Origin: a bacterium | GTDB taxonomy: Bacteria; SAR324; NAC60-12 | Assembly (NCBI GenBank): GCA_965209155.1 | Contig: OZ242383.1 | Span: 864,001-928,000 of the forward strand | Direction of reading: 5' to 3' | DNA length: 64,000 nt | The notes under the pieces: model-generated | What the model was told of the DNA's origin: nothing | What the model saw: only the letters and a program-made list of their open reading frames with translations | Database searches by the model: none | Position numbers and translations under genes: made by a program | Part shown: positions 18,637 to 28,908 of the stretch, piece by piece | How the letters are laid out: each line of letters opens with the position of its first letter | Numbering within the stretch: position 1 is the stretch's first letter

Positions 18637-19526
18637 TGGCTCAAGATTTAAACAAACAAATCCCTGCGGTTAGCAGAAGAGTGGTCCTTTTTGCAGGGCT
18701 CGTATTCGTTCTATTCCCGCTGCTCTGGCTGCTCAAATCGTCTTTCGTGACCAACGAGGAAACACTGAAAGCGCCGATTCAATATTTGCCCCGTAGTTTT
18801 ACCTTGAATAACTACCTGCAGCCCTTGTTAGGGATCTCTGTTACGATTCGGGGAGAATTCACCGAGTCTCCTGATGGCATTTCTCCGCTGGTGGGCTACA
18901 TTAAAAATGGGGCGATCGTGGCCTTTTTTGTGGTGACCATTAACGTGTTCCTGGCCACTCTGACAGGCTACGGCTTTTCCCGGTTTCGCTTTTTTGGCAG
19001 AAAATCCCTTTTGGTTCTGCTCCTCAATACGCAAATGTTTCCCTACATTGCCATCCTGGTCCCGCTTTACATCATGTATCGCTCCTTAGGGTTACTCAAT
19101 ACCTATACCGGTCTTATCATTGGAGAGGTGGGATTGGTGCTGCCTTTCTCAATTTGGATGATCAAGAGTTTTTGTGACACCATCGATGAGGACCTGGAGG
19201 ATGCTGCCCTCATTGATGGGGCGTCTCGCATACGAATTTTGTGGAATATTGTCTTTCCGGTCATCATCCCGGGGATTACTTCCGTGGCCATGTTCTCATT
19301 CCTGGCCTCCTGGAATCACTTGTTATATGTGATGGTGTTGAATACCCGGGAAACGTTGATCACTGTACCCCTCGGGCTTGTCCGGGATTATGGGGGAGGG
19401 TACAACTACTATTACTCGACGATGTCCGCCGGACTATTAATTGTCTCTCTGCCGGTTGTGGCTGTTTTCGTCTGGCTGCAACGCTACTTCGCTTCCGGGT
19501 TGACGGCCGGGGCGATTAAAGGATAG
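18636..19526 (+). CDS. Carbohydrate ABC permease (MalG-type), copy 2
   Basis: ATG 18636 overlaps the upstream TGA; shares GRKSLLVLLLNTQMFPYIAI and FLASWNHLLYVM with 16732-17610. Confidence 0.93.
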   Translation: MAQDLNKQIPAVSRRVVLFAGLVFVLFPLLWLLKSSFVTNEETLKAPIQYLPRSFTLNNYLQPLLGISVTIRGEFTESPDGISPLVGYIKNGAIVAFFVVTINVFLATLTGYGFSRFRFFGRKSLLVLLLNTQMFPYIAILVPLYIMYRSLGLLNTYTGLIIGEVGLVLPFSIWMIKSFCDTIDEDLEDAALIDGASRIRILWNIVFPVIIPGITSVAMFSFLASWNHLLYVMVLNTRETLITVPLGLVRDYGGGYNYYYSTMSAGLLIVSLPVVAVFVWLQRYFASGLTAGAIKG

Positions 19527-19531
19527 TGTGG

Positions 19532-19663
19532 TCAGGCAATTTGTTTATTGATGAAAACGCTCTCTTTTTTGATAGATTCTTCAATGACGGTTTTTCCTTT
19601 TTTTGAAAGCAATTCAGGATTGCTGATGTACCAGACCCAGGCATGAGTGTCGAGAAGGATCAT
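19532..19663 (-). pseudogene. vapC: VapC/PIN-domain toxin N-terminal remnant
   Basis: Minus strand reads MILLDTHAWVWYISNPELLSKK then frameshifts in poly-A runs (..VIEESIKK..); LLDTH is the PIN-domain start. Confidence 0.7.
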
Positions 19664-19766
19664 GGCAAACTCTCCCAATCTTCTTCACCGACAGGTTCCA
19701 TGGGATATTTATACTCTGAAAGACCGATCCTCGTAAGTGTCGTAGCGCTTCCATAGGATCTTCGAG
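19660..19766 (-). pseudogene. Antitoxin (Phd/YefM-like) C-terminal remnant
   Basis: EDPMEALRHLRGSV...YPMEPVGEEDWESLP* (frameshifted); its TGA overlaps the toxin ATG (ATGA). Confidence 0.6.
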
Positions 19767-19810
19767 ATTGAAATCCTTTAAATTTTAACATTTTAATAAT
19801 TATAGAAAAA

Positions 19811-20695
19811 ATGAATAATAAATTCAGCGGGGTCTATCCCGCCATGATCACGCCAATGACAGCAGACGGGCAATTGAACGAAGACGTATTTCGGCAAGTG
19901 ATGGAATTCAACATCCAAGCCGGCGTACATGGGTTCTGGATTGCTGGAGGCACAGGTGAAAGCGTTTTACTGGATGATGAAGAAAATCGTCGCATTGCCG
20001 AAATCGCTGTAGACCAAGCGCAAGGAAGAATTAAAAACATCATGCATGTCGGTACGCCAACCACGACACGTTCGGCGAGGTTGGCAGAACATGCCGCCAA
20101 ATGCGGAGTTGACGCCATCTGTTGCGTTCCTCCCTTCTTCTATTCACAGTCGAACGAAGCCATAGTCGAACACTACCGCGTTGTCGCCGCCGCCGCCGAT
20201 TTACCGCTATTTGTTTACAATCTTCCCCAATCAACCCAAGTGGAGATCACTCCAGCTTCGATGCGGGAGATCCAAGAAAAAGTACCTCAGCTGGAAGGAC
20301 TCAAACATTCTGCTCCAAATATGAGTTTCGTTCGCCATTTCAGCAACATGGGATTGGCCTGTTTGATCGGGAATTGTCGCTTGATGCTGCCAGCCTTGAC
20401 TGTGGGAGCGATCGGGTGCATCGATGGTCCTCCCAATATGGCTCCCGAGTTGTGGGTTGCGGTTTGGGATGCGTTCCAAGCTGGTGATTTCAAAGAAGCC
20501 ATGGTCGCGCAGGAAAAATGCGCTCGGGTGGCGACTCTAGCTGAAACACCTCGATTTCCAACAGTCATCAAAGCAGTGATCAGCGAAAGACTTGGCGTCG
20601 ACTGCGGTAATCCCCGTCCGCCGTACCTGAGTTTGAGCCCTTCCGAACAACGCGAGTTATCTCAAAAACTGAGATCGTTCGGACTGGTCAACTGA
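19811..20695 (+). CDS. Dihydrodipicolinate synthase / N-acetylneuraminate lyase family aldolase
   Basis: PAMITPM, GGTGES, YNLPQST and GLKHS (Schiff-base Lys). Confidence 0.9.
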   Translation: MNNKFSGVYPAMITPMTADGQLNEDVFRQVMEFNIQAGVHGFWIAGGTGESVLLDDEENRRIAEIAVDQAQGRIKNIMHVGTPTTTRSARLAEHAAKCGVDAICCVPPFFYSQSNEAIVEHYRVVAAAADLPLFVYNLPQSTQVEITPASMREIQEKVPQLEGLKHSAPNMSFVRHFSNMGLACLIGNCRLMLPALTVGAIGCIDGPPNMAPELWVAVWDAFQAGDFKEAMVAQEKCARVATLAETPRFPTVIKAVISERLGVDCGNPRPPYLSLSPSEQRELSQKLRSFGLVN

Positions 20696-20715
20696 ACGGA
20701 ATTGAACGCAAAAAT

Positions 20716-22665
20716 TTATCTGGGGTCAGGGGAATACAGGATGTAATCCGATTGATTCGGAAAAAGGGTTTGGTTCCAGAATTCGAGCAAGGTATAAGGC
20801 CAGTTTTGGGTCACCCTTCCTTTGCTGTTCTTGTACCAGCTTTTCACATGGGGGGCGCCCCAAGGTCTTTGCAGATTCCCTTCGTCCACCCATTGGTTAT
20901 ATGCGTCATGGACGGACTGTTTGCAGTCGAGCGCGGTGTGATCAGTTTCCAAGAGCAATTTTATACAGCCCAGGATGTAACGCATTTCACATTCGGAAAA
21001 GAAGATGATGCTACCATTGGCAACAATGTTCGTGTTCGGACCATACATGCAAAACAGATTGGGAAACCGGGGAATGGTGATTCCCAGGTAAGCCCGAGGA
21101 TCGCCATTCCAATGTTCCTGCAAGTCCACACCACCCAACCCTTTGATTCGCATGGGCCAGAGCATGCGGCTGGGATAGAACCCTGAAGCATAAATGAGAA
21201 CATCCACATCATAATTTTCATTAGATTGCGTAAGAACCCCTGTCTCTGTAATAGCAGCAATCGGGTCCGTGATGAGGTGGACGTTTTCCCGTTTCAATGC
21301 TCGCAACCATGTGCCATTGTCGATCAACATCCGCTTTCCTGCCGGTGGATACTGCGGGATACATTTATTTATCAATTCTTGATCCTCACCCAAAACAGAA
21401 GACATGCTTTTTGTAAAAAAAGAACGAAGCTCGTCGTTTGCTGCACTGATCGAACGCCGTTGATGCGGCCAGGAATTGTCTTTTTTTACCCAACGCAGAA
21501 TGCCTTCCGCATTTTGCCAAAACAAGAAAATTCGGAACCATTTGGCATAAAAAGGTACATGATGGTGAAGCCAGTGCGCACCTTCAGGGAAATCGTCATG
21601 GTATTCAGGCATATGAAAAATCCAATTCGGCGTACGCTGGAAAACAAAAACATCTTTTGCTTGTTTGGCAATTTCGGGGACAAATTGAAAAGCGCTGGCA
21701 CCCGACCCTATCACGGCTATTCGTTTGTCAGTCAATTTTTTTTCGTGCTTCCATTGGGCCGAATGGAACGAGATACCCGCAAACAACTCGCGTCCTCTGA
21801 TATCAGGAAGCTTCGGACGATTGAGTTGACCGACTGCACTGATGATCGCATTGGCTTGCAGTGTTTCGTAAAAACCTTCCTGACCTCTAACCCGAACCTT
21901 CCAAGTGTGAGTCCTCTCGTCGAATTCCGCAGATTCAACCGAAGTGTTGAAACGAATATGGGACCGGATTCCAAAATCATCGGCACACTCTCTGAAGTAC
22001 TTGCGCAAAACAGGCTGAGGTGAAAAGATTTTGGGCCAATCTTGAGGCCTGAAAGAATAAGAATAAAGGTGGTTGGGGTTGTCGACTCGACAACCAGGGT
22101 AAGTGTTTTCGAACCATGTGCCTCCCACATCTGCGTTTTTTTCGATGACCGTATAAGAGATGCCAGCTTCTTTTAAACGATAAGCTGCCAGAATGCCAGA
22201 CATCCCACTGCCAATGATGACGACGTGGAACGCCTGCCTTTTCTCATCCGGAATATTTTGGATGCCTGGCTGTCCAAACGCATCTTCTCCATTCAAGGAG
22301 AGTTCTGCTACGAGAAATTTTCCATAATCCTCAGGTAGCGATTCACCTACCAGGAAGTCCATCATCTCACGAACTTGATCCATACTCGGTATGGGAGGTA
22401 AGGGACTTCCCAAGTCCCGGTAATTCTTGAGGATTTCCAACGCCTGTTTGCGGACGATAGTTTGTTGCTCTTCGGTAATTCCGTAAGTTCGATCTCCTAA
22501 ATTGCGGGTATTGGGGCGAATCTCTCCCCGTATGAGGTTGATGTCACCCGACAAGATAGCGAGAGAAACCATCAATGCCGGAATATTAGCCTTCTCCAGA
22601 GCCGTTTTGATAGTTTCGTCATCTGCTGTAATCGGATCCCAGGAATCAAAAACTGTTCGATTCAT
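20716..22665 (-). CDS. Baeyer-Villiger monooxygenase, 4-hydroxyacetophenone monooxygenase-like (N-terminally extended)
   Basis: GSGMSG, GGTWFENTYPG, FxGxxxHxxxW (FAGISFHSAQW), GSGAS, N-extension of about 145 aa. Confidence 0.9.
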   Translation of the reverse strand: MNRTVFDSWDPITADDETIKTALEKANIPALMVSLAILSGDINLIRGEIRPNTRNLGDRTYGITEEQQTIVRKQALEILKNYRDLGSPLPPIPSMDQVREMMDFLVGESLPEDYGKFLVAELSLNGEDAFGQPGIQNIPDEKRQAFHVVIIGSGMSGILAAYRLKEAGISYTVIEKNADVGGTWFENTYPGCRVDNPNHLYSYSFRPQDWPKIFSPQPVLRKYFRECADDFGIRSHIRFNTSVESAEFDERTHTWKVRVRGQEGFYETLQANAIISAVGQLNRPKLPDIRGRELFAGISFHSAQWKHEKKLTDKRIAVIGSGASAFQFVPEIAKQAKDVFVFQRTPNWIFHMPEYHDDFPEGAHWLHHHVPFYAKWFRIFLFWQNAEGILRWVKKDNSWPHQRRSISAANDELRSFFTKSMSSVLGEDQELINKCIPQYPPAGKRMLIDNGTWLRALKRENVHLITDPIAAITETGVLTQSNENYDVDVLIYASGFYPSRMLWPMRIKGLGGVDLQEHWNGDPRAYLGITIPRFPNLFCMYGPNTNIVANGSIIFFSECEMRYILGCIKLLLETDHTALDCKQSVHDAYNQWVDEGNLQRPWGAPHVKSWYKNSKGRVTQNWPYTLLEFWNQTLFPNQSDYILYSPDPR

Positions 22666-22692
22666 AAATTTCTTATCCGAAATTAAGAAAAA

Positions 22693-23820
22693 TCATGAAG
22701 GTTGGTTTTGCCAGAAATCTGCGATCAGTCGGTTCACCTCCGAAGCGCTTTCCATCTGAATCATATGTCCTCCCTCCGGGAGGATATGGACGTTTGACTG
22801 GTTGGGAAGGTTACGGGCATGCTCCGCAGGCAAGATACGATCCTCTTCACCCCAAATCACGAGGGCGGGTATATTCTGTTCCTCCAATGTTGATCGTAAA
22901 ACAACGGCCTGGTTAACTCCGTCTGTGAATCGGCCGAGCAGTGTGTCCAGGCAGGATTGTACTCCGTCGATTCGTTTATACTTGAGGAGATCCTCAACCA
23001 ACTGACGGGTCACGAGGGAAGGATCTTTGAAAAGTTGTTGAACATGAGGTTTGAGTTCCCGACGGCTCTGGCTTTCAGTGAATCCTCGCAAATAAGCCGC
23101 GTTTATTTCAGGTCCCAGTCCGGCGCTGCCTATGAGCGTGAGGGAACGGACCAGATCAGGGCGGGTATTTGCCAACTGCAGCGCAATCGCTCCCCCCATG
23201 GAATGACCGACCCAGTCTGCCTCTGCGACATCGAGTTCCCGCATCAATTGCTGAAGAGTTTCCGCCATGTATGTAAAACTGCCGTCTCCCACTATTTTTG
23301 TGGAGTTTCCGTGTCCCGGCAAGTCGACTGCAACAACAGTGCGATCTGCAGCTAAAGGCAAGTGATTGAAAAGCCAGTTGTTGAGGTCTCCTCCAAATCC
23401 GTGTAGTAGGACTGCGATTTTCTCTTTTGATCCATGGCGTAAGAAGTTGATTGTCAATTCCCCGATCCTGGAAGTTTCCGATTTTGGCCCGCTGTCTTCC
23501 TCATCTGTTTCTTCGGGGACGAAATTTTCCTGAAATTCTTGAATGTATGCATCGATCTCTCCGTCGGAGACATCGCCTTCAGCAACCACTCCGAGCAACG
23601 CTCCGACCGGCAGTACCTCTCCCGGCATTGCAACAGTACGACGCAGAGTCCCGGAATCGGCAACTTCCACGGCGCTAGTGATCTTGTCGGTTTCAACATC
23701 CACCACTTCCATACCCGTATCCACCGTGTCTCCTACTTCGATGAGCCAGTCTCCTACTTGACCTTCTTTCATGGAAAGGCCCCATTTCGGCATGGTGATT
23801 GGTTTAATTTTGTTGTCCAT
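22693..23820 (-). CDS. acoC: Acetoin dehydrogenase E2 (lipoyl domain + alpha/beta hydrolase)
   Basis: MPKWGLSM, ETDKIT lipoyl Lys, HGFGGD, GHSMGG. Confidence 0.92.
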   Translation of the reverse strand: MDNKIKPITMPKWGLSMKEGQVGDWLIEVGDTVDTGMEVVDVETDKITSAVEVADSGTLRRTVAMPGEVLPVGALLGVVAEGDVSDGEIDAYIQEFQENFVPEETDEEDSGPKSETSRIGELTINFLRHGSKEKIAVLLHGFGGDLNNWLFNHLPLAADRTVVAVDLPGHGNSTKIVGDGSFTYMAETLQQLMRELDVAEADWVGHSMGGAIALQLANTRPDLVRSLTLIGSAGLGPEINAAYLRGFTESQSRRELKPHVQQLFKDPSLVTRQLVEDLLKYKRIDGVQSCLDTLLGRFTDGVNQAVVLRSTLEEQNIPALVIWGEEDRILPAEHARNLPNQSNVHILPEGGHMIQMESASEVNRLIADFWQNQPS

Positions 23821-23888
23821 GATTCCTTTCTCTCCTTCCTCTCCCCCCTTGGCAGGGGGGCAGGGGAAAATTGACAGGGAGTTCTCCC

Positions 23889-24896
23889 CTAATTGCCGAG
23901 TGTTTTTTGCACGGAAGCGATTATCTTCTCAGAGGAAGGGATGTAATGCTTCTCGAGATCTGGTGAAAACGGAACAGGAGTGTGAGGGGCAGTCACCATC
24001 TCAATGGGAGCTTTGAGCGCCTGGAACGCGTCCTGCGCAACGGCAGCGGATACGTCGGCAGCAATACTGCATCGAGGATTCGCCTCGTCAACCACCACTA
24101 ACCTTCCCGTGTTTTCTACACTTTCAATGACCGTATCCATGTCTATGGGAGACAAGGTCCTCAGGTCAATCACCTCACATTCGACCCCATCTTGCGCCAA
24201 TTGGTTTGCCGCCTCGGCTGCGCGATGGACCATCATCCCATAGGCGACGAGGGTGGCGTCCCTTCCTTCTCGCAAAACGTTCGCCTCGGCGAAGGGGATG
24301 GTATAGAGTTCTTCGGGAACGTCTCCTTGATATCCATAAATGTTTTTATGTTCGCAAAAGATGACCGGATCGTTGTCTCGAATTGCTTGAACCATCAACC
24401 CTTTAGCATCATAAGGAGAAGAAGGGCAAACCACTTTGATGCCGGGAACGTGAGTGAAAATAGGAGTCAGCGTTTGTGAATGTTGGGATGCCGCAGACAA
24501 ACCGGCGCCATACATGGTGCGAATGACCACGGGCGTTTCCGCTTTTCCGCCAAACATATAGCGAAATTTTGCCGCCTGATTATAGATCTGGTCGAAACAG
24601 ACACCCAGGAAATCGATAAACATCAATTCCGCAACCGGTCGCATGCCACACGTGGCCGCTCCAATCGCTGCTCCGATAAAGGCAGACTCTGAAAGAGGCG
24701 TATCCAACAGACGATTGCCATATTTCCCGAAAAGTCCCTTATAAACGCCCATGGCGCCTCCCCAAGCATCATCTTCGCCCGGACTGCCCGTTCCGCCTAC
24801 GATGTCTTCCCCCATCAAGATCACTGAGGAGTCACGTGCCATTTCTTGATCAAATGCTTCCGTAATTGCTTCCTTGATTGTTATTTGACGTGCCAT
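23889..24896 (-). CDS. acoB: Acetoin dehydrogenase E1 beta subunit
   Basis: GEDDAWGG, DTPLSE, NQAAKFRYMFGGKAETP, QHSQ. Confidence 0.93.
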   Translation of the reverse strand: MARQITIKEAITEAFDQEMARDSSVILMGEDIVGGTGSPGEDDAWGGAMGVYKGLFGKYGNRLLDTPLSESAFIGAAIGAATCGMRPVAELMFIDFLGVCFDQIYNQAAKFRYMFGGKAETPVVIRTMYGAGLSAASQHSQTLTPIFTHVPGIKVVCPSSPYDAKGLMVQAIRDNDPVIFCEHKNIYGYQGDVPEELYTIPFAEANVLREGRDATLVAYGMMVHRAAEAANQLAQDGVECEVIDLRTLSPIDMDTVIESVENTGRLVVVDEANPRCSIAADVSAAVAQDAFQALKAPIEMVTAPHTPVPFSPDLEKHYIPSSEKIIASVQKTLGN

Positions 24897-24909
24897 ATTT
24901 ACCTCCCAT

Positions 24910-25893
24910 TCAATAATTTATGTAAACGTCGGTGAGTAAGTCAGCCTCGGTCGGGCTGGGAGCCACCTGGGCTTCTTCAAATGCCCCACTGATCAGGGTC
25001 AGGACCTCATGATCAATTTCCTCTAAATCAGATTCCGTCAAGACACCCATTTTCGTCACTTGCAGGGAGAATTTTTTCAAACAATCTCGATTGGCTCGGA
25101 TCTCGTCCACTTCTCCCGCTCCGCGATAAGTTTGCGCATCTCCTTCAAAATGTCCGTAGAAGCGAATCATATTGCATTCCAGCAGACTGGGGCCGCCTCC
25201 TTCCCGGGCACGATTGATAACCTCTCCGGCAGCTTCATAAACTGCAAAAAAATCGGTCCCGTCTACCGTAACACCCGGCATTCCGAATCCCAAGGCGCGA
25301 TCCACGTAACTATCGACTGCCACCGCATAGTCCCGGGAAGTAGATTGGGCGTAACCATTGTTTTCAACGACGAAAATGGCGGGAATGTCCCAGACTGCAG
25401 CCAGGTTCAGGCTTTCCAGAAAATTTCCCGCATTGGAAGCGCCGTCCCCAATGAAGCTGACAGCAACGCTTCCATCCTTTTTATACTTGGACGCCAAAGC
25501 AGCGCCACAGGCCAATGGCGCTCCCGCGCCAAGTATACCATTGGCTCCCATCATTCCCTGGTCCAAATCGGCTATGTGCATGGAGCCTCCCTTGCCATGA
25601 CAAGTGCCATTGGACTTACCATAGAGCTCCGCCACCATGCCTTTTACGTCAACGCCCTTGGCGATACAGTGACCATGTCCGCGATGAGTGCTTGCGATGT
25701 GATCGTCTTTGTTGAGGTGCATCATGATACCGGTCCCAGCCGCCTCCTCACCGGCATAGAGATGTACAAATCCGGGTAGCACGCCTTTGGCAAATTCGAT
25801 ATGCACGCGCTCCTCAAATTCACGAATCGTTTTCATCGTCCGGTAGGCTCGCAATAGCTCGTTCCGGTTTAAAGGAAAAGGGTTGTCTGTCAT
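24910..25893 (-). CDS. acoA: Acetoin dehydrogenase E1 alpha subunit (TPP-dependent)
   Basis: PGFVHLYAGEEA, STHRGHGH, GDGA...ENN TPP motif, GHFEGD. Confidence 0.93.
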   Translation of the reverse strand: MTDNPFPLNRNELLRAYRTMKTIREFEERVHIEFAKGVLPGFVHLYAGEEAAGTGIMMHLNKDDHIASTHRGHGHCIAKGVDVKGMVAELYGKSNGTCHGKGGSMHIADLDQGMMGANGILGAGAPLACGAALASKYKKDGSVAVSFIGDGASNAGNFLESLNLAAVWDIPAIFVVENNGYAQSTSRDYAVAVDSYVDRALGFGMPGVTVDGTDFFAVYEAAGEVINRAREGGGPSLLECNMIRFYGHFEGDAQTYRGAGEVDEIRANRDCLKKFSLQVTKMGVLTESDLEEIDHEVLTLISGAFEEAQVAPSPTEADLLTDVYINY

Positions 25894-25922
25894 AGGTTCT
25901 CCTCTCGTTTCTTCAGGTTCAA

Positions 25923-26981
25923 TTAAATACGAATCCGTTGCTCGGTTGTTGAATCAAACAAAAAAATTTTTTCCAAATTGATACGAATATTAACCTCTTT
26001 ATCGATTTCACCCACAAAATCTTTGTCAGCACGTATTGAAAAAATATTTTCATCATCCAAACTGACGTTTACCAGGGTGACTTCACCCGTCAATTCCACT
26101 GAATAAATCGGTGCTGAAAAATGTCCTCCTTCTCCGCTGACGATTTCCGTGTCCTCGGGGCGTACTCCAAGCACAACCGACCCGTGTGAACCTCCTCCAA
26201 TTTTTTCGATCAGGACCTTGTTACTTGAAAAGTTTCCTTCTTTGAGATCGCCTCGGATCAAATTCATCGTTGGCGAACCGATAAAACCCGCAACAAACAA
26301 ATTTGCCGGGTTGTTATAAATATCTTTTGGTTCCGCAAGCTGTTGTACCACTCCTTCATTCATAACGGCAATCCGATCTGCAAGCGTCATTGCTTCAATC
26401 TGATCGTGGGTCACGTATATCGTTGTAATCCCGAGTTCGTGTTGCAGGTGCTTGATTTCCGCACGCATTTTAACGCGAAGTTTAGCATCCAGGTTCGATA
26501 ATGGCTCATCCATCAGGAACAATTGAGGATTTCGAATCAATGAGCGCGCCAATGCGACACGCTGCTGCTGACCACCGGATAATTGACGCGGGAAACGTTC
26601 CAATTCCGCTTCAAGATGAACCCTTTTGGCTGCTGTCAGGACTGACTGGCGACGTTCCGATATGGGCCGTTTACGAATTCTCAACGGATATTCAATGTTC
26701 TGGTAAACTGTCATATGGGGATAGAGCGCATAGGATTGGAATACCATTGCAATGTCACGATATTTTGGCAATAGGCCTTTTACTGAATTGTCACCAATGA
26801 GAATATCACCTTCACTTTCAGTCTCCAGTCCTGCGACTATGCGCATGGTTGTGGTTTTTCCACATCCCGACGGACCCAAGAGGACTAAAAATTCTCCGTC
26901 TTGAACCTCCAGGTTCAAATTGTCGACCGCCACAACCGAGTCAAAACGTTTGCTGATATTTTTAAAAATCACGCTTGCCAT
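25923..26981 (-). CDS. Carbohydrate ABC transporter ATP-binding protein (MalK/MsmK-type)
   Basis: GPSGCGKTT, LSGGQQQR, DEPLSNLD, VTHDQ, C-terminal TOBE region. Confidence 0.95.
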   Translation of the reverse strand: MASVIFKNISKRFDSVVAVDNLNLEVQDGEFLVLLGPSGCGKTTTMRIVAGLETESEGDILIGDNSVKGLLPKYRDIAMVFQSYALYPHMTVYQNIEYPLRIRKRPISERRQSVLTAAKRVHLEAELERFPRQLSGGQQQRVALARSLIRNPQLFLMDEPLSNLDAKLRVKMRAEIKHLQHELGITTIYVTHDQIEAMTLADRIAVMNEGVVQQLAEPKDIYNNPANLFVAGFIGSPTMNLIRGDLKEGNFSSNKVLIEKIGGGSHGSVVLGVRPEDTEIVSGEGGHFSAPIYSVELTGEVTLVNVSLDDENIFSIRADKDFVGEIDKEVNIRINLEKIFLFDSTTEQRIRI

Positions 26982-26984
26982 AAT

Positions 26985-27854
26985 TTATCCTTTAACCGCC
27001 CCAAAGGAAAGACCTCGTACGAGGTGACGTTGTACAGTGAAAGCAAGAATGACGACGGGCAGAATAGCCACAACGCCGCCAGCGGTGATTTCGCCCCAGA
27101 AAATCTGATGTTGAGAAATTCGAGTTCCCAAAGCAACTGGGAAGGTTTGCGAGGCCGCGGTATCCGAAAGGATGAGTGCCAACAACATTTCGTTCCAGGA
27201 AAGAAGGAAACTAAAAATTGCGGTTGCGGCAATACTTGGTTTGGCAAGAGGAATGGCAATCCTCAACATGGCACCGAAGCGCGTGTCTCCGTCGACCATC
27301 GCCGACTCTTCCATCTCACGGGGAATTTCACTGAAATAGCCCTTCATCATCCACACCACGAAAGGGAGGTTGAATCCGGTATAAGCAATGATCATGGACC
27401 ATTTGGTATTAAGAAGACCGACGGTACTGAACAAGACATATAGCGGGACCAGGGTGACAATTGGAGGTATCATGCGAGTGGAAAGAATCCAGAAAGAAAT
27501 GTGTTTCTTGAAGCTACCGAAATAAGTAAATCGAGCCAATCCGTAGGCGGCGAAAGTGCCAAAAACGAGAGAAATACAAGTCACAGAAACTGCGATGATT
27601 AAACTGTTTCCCATTTGTATGTAAAATCCGCGATTTACAAAAACCTCGATATAATTGTTCAAGGTAGGCTTATCCGGCCAATAGACTACTGGGATCGATA
27701 TAATATCAATTCGACGTTTGAATGAATTGAAGACCATCCACAACATAGGGAACAAGGTATAAAACAAGGCCAACGCCATTGCAATATATACAAAACAACT
27801 TTTAAGGTACTCCGTCACCAATATCCGGCGGCGTTGATTCAGAATTCCATTCAT
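26985..27854 (-). CDS. Carbohydrate ABC permease (MalG-type)
   Basis: EESAMVDG, SWNE, GLSFGAVKG. Confidence 0.93.
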   Translation of the reverse strand: MNGILNQRRRILVTEYLKSCFVYIAMALALFYTLFPMLWMVFNSFKRRIDIISIPVVYWPDKPTLNNYIEVFVNRGFYIQMGNSLIIAVSVTCISLVFGTFAAYGLARFTYFGSFKKHISFWILSTRMIPPIVTLVPLYVLFSTVGLLNTKWSMIIAYTGFNLPFVVWMMKGYFSEIPREMEESAMVDGDTRFGAMLRIAIPLAKPSIAATAIFSFLLSWNEMLLALILSDTAASQTFPVALGTRISQHQIFWGEITAGGVVAILPVVILAFTVQRHLVRGLSFGAVKG

Positions 27855-28819
27855 TCCTTCTCCCTTTCACGAACCATTTGACGGATGAACCACATGCTGA
27901 AAGTTATGGTGATGACAAGCATGGCAATTGATACTGCCGCCGCAAATCCCATGTCGTATTCTCGAAAAGCAATTTTGTACGTAAACGTTGTAATCGACTC
28001 CGTGGCACCTGAAGGACCACCAAAGGTCATGATATACATGGTTTCGAATACTCTGAAAGCATCCATAGTCCGTAACAAAACGACGATTGTAACAACCGGA
28101 GTAATAAAACGCCAAGTCAAATCTCGAAACTGTTGCCAACCGTTTGCTCCATCGATTTCTGCTGCTTCGTATGGCTCACGCGGCAATGAAGCGAGCGCTG
28201 CCAGCATCATCAGGAAAACGAAAGGAGTCCATTGCCATATATCAATGAACATCAACGTCGGCATGGCGGTCTCAGTGCGAAACAGCCACAAAATGGGACC
28301 ATCAATAATGCCACGATCGTACAACCAATCTTCAACTCCAATTTTATAAAGCACATCATTGATCACCCCGAATTGGCCGTTAAACATGGCATGCCACGTA
28401 ATGGCCACGCAAAGGGGGGCCACCATCATAGGTAAGAGAAGAATTGTTCGTACGACCGAAAGACCGCGGAGCACCCGACTGAAGAGAAGCGCAAGACCGA
28501 GTCCGAGCGTAAATTCTATGATCACCACAATTACTGTAAACTTTATCGTATTTCCAAGGGACTGGTGAAAACGGGAATCCGTAAAGAGACGGGCAAAATT
28601 GGTAAATCCCACAAATTCGCTATCAGCGGGGTTTAAAAAATCGTATTTGTAAAAAGCCAGGGTAAAAAGGCGAATCGTCGGATAGATGGTGAGGAATAAC
28701 AGAATAAGCGTGGCAGGCGCCAACAATAGATACTGTAAATTTTTTTCAATCCACCTTTCAATGCGGCTCCCTCGCATTCTGGGAGTTGTCGCTTCTTGTT
28801 TTATAACGGATTCGCTCAT
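27851..28819 (-). CDS. Carbohydrate ABC permease (MalF-type)
   Basis: WQWTPF, EAAEIDGA, GGP. Confidence 0.93.
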   Translation of the reverse strand: MSESVIKQEATTPRMRGSRIERWIEKNLQYLLLAPATLILLFLTIYPTIRLFTLAFYKYDFLNPADSEFVGFTNFARLFTDSRFHQSLGNTIKFTVIVVIIEFTLGLGLALLFSRVLRGLSVVRTILLLPMMVAPLCVAITWHAMFNGQFGVINDVLYKIGVEDWLYDRGIIDGPILWLFRTETAMPTLMFIDIWQWTPFVFLMMLAALASLPREPYEAAEIDGANGWQQFRDLTWRFITPVVTIVVLLRTMDAFRVFETMYIMTFGGPSGATESITTFTYKIAFREYDMGFAAAVSIAMLVITITFSMWFIRQMVREREKE

Positions 28820-28908
28820 ATTCTTTTATGTTTCACCGTCTCGTTCAGCATAGAAAAGTCGCACTCTTAAAATTTTCCGGAGACGCAGGAACAAGGGAGC
28901 CGGTAATG

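Noticed and set aside
23836..23868. C6/G6 hairpin between acoB and acoC as a REP/MITE
   Set aside because: Single copy in the window; at most a local mRNA stem-loop
21226..25779. Plus-strand ORFs 21226-22023 and 25060-25779
   Set aside because: Antisense shadows of the BVMO and acoA genes
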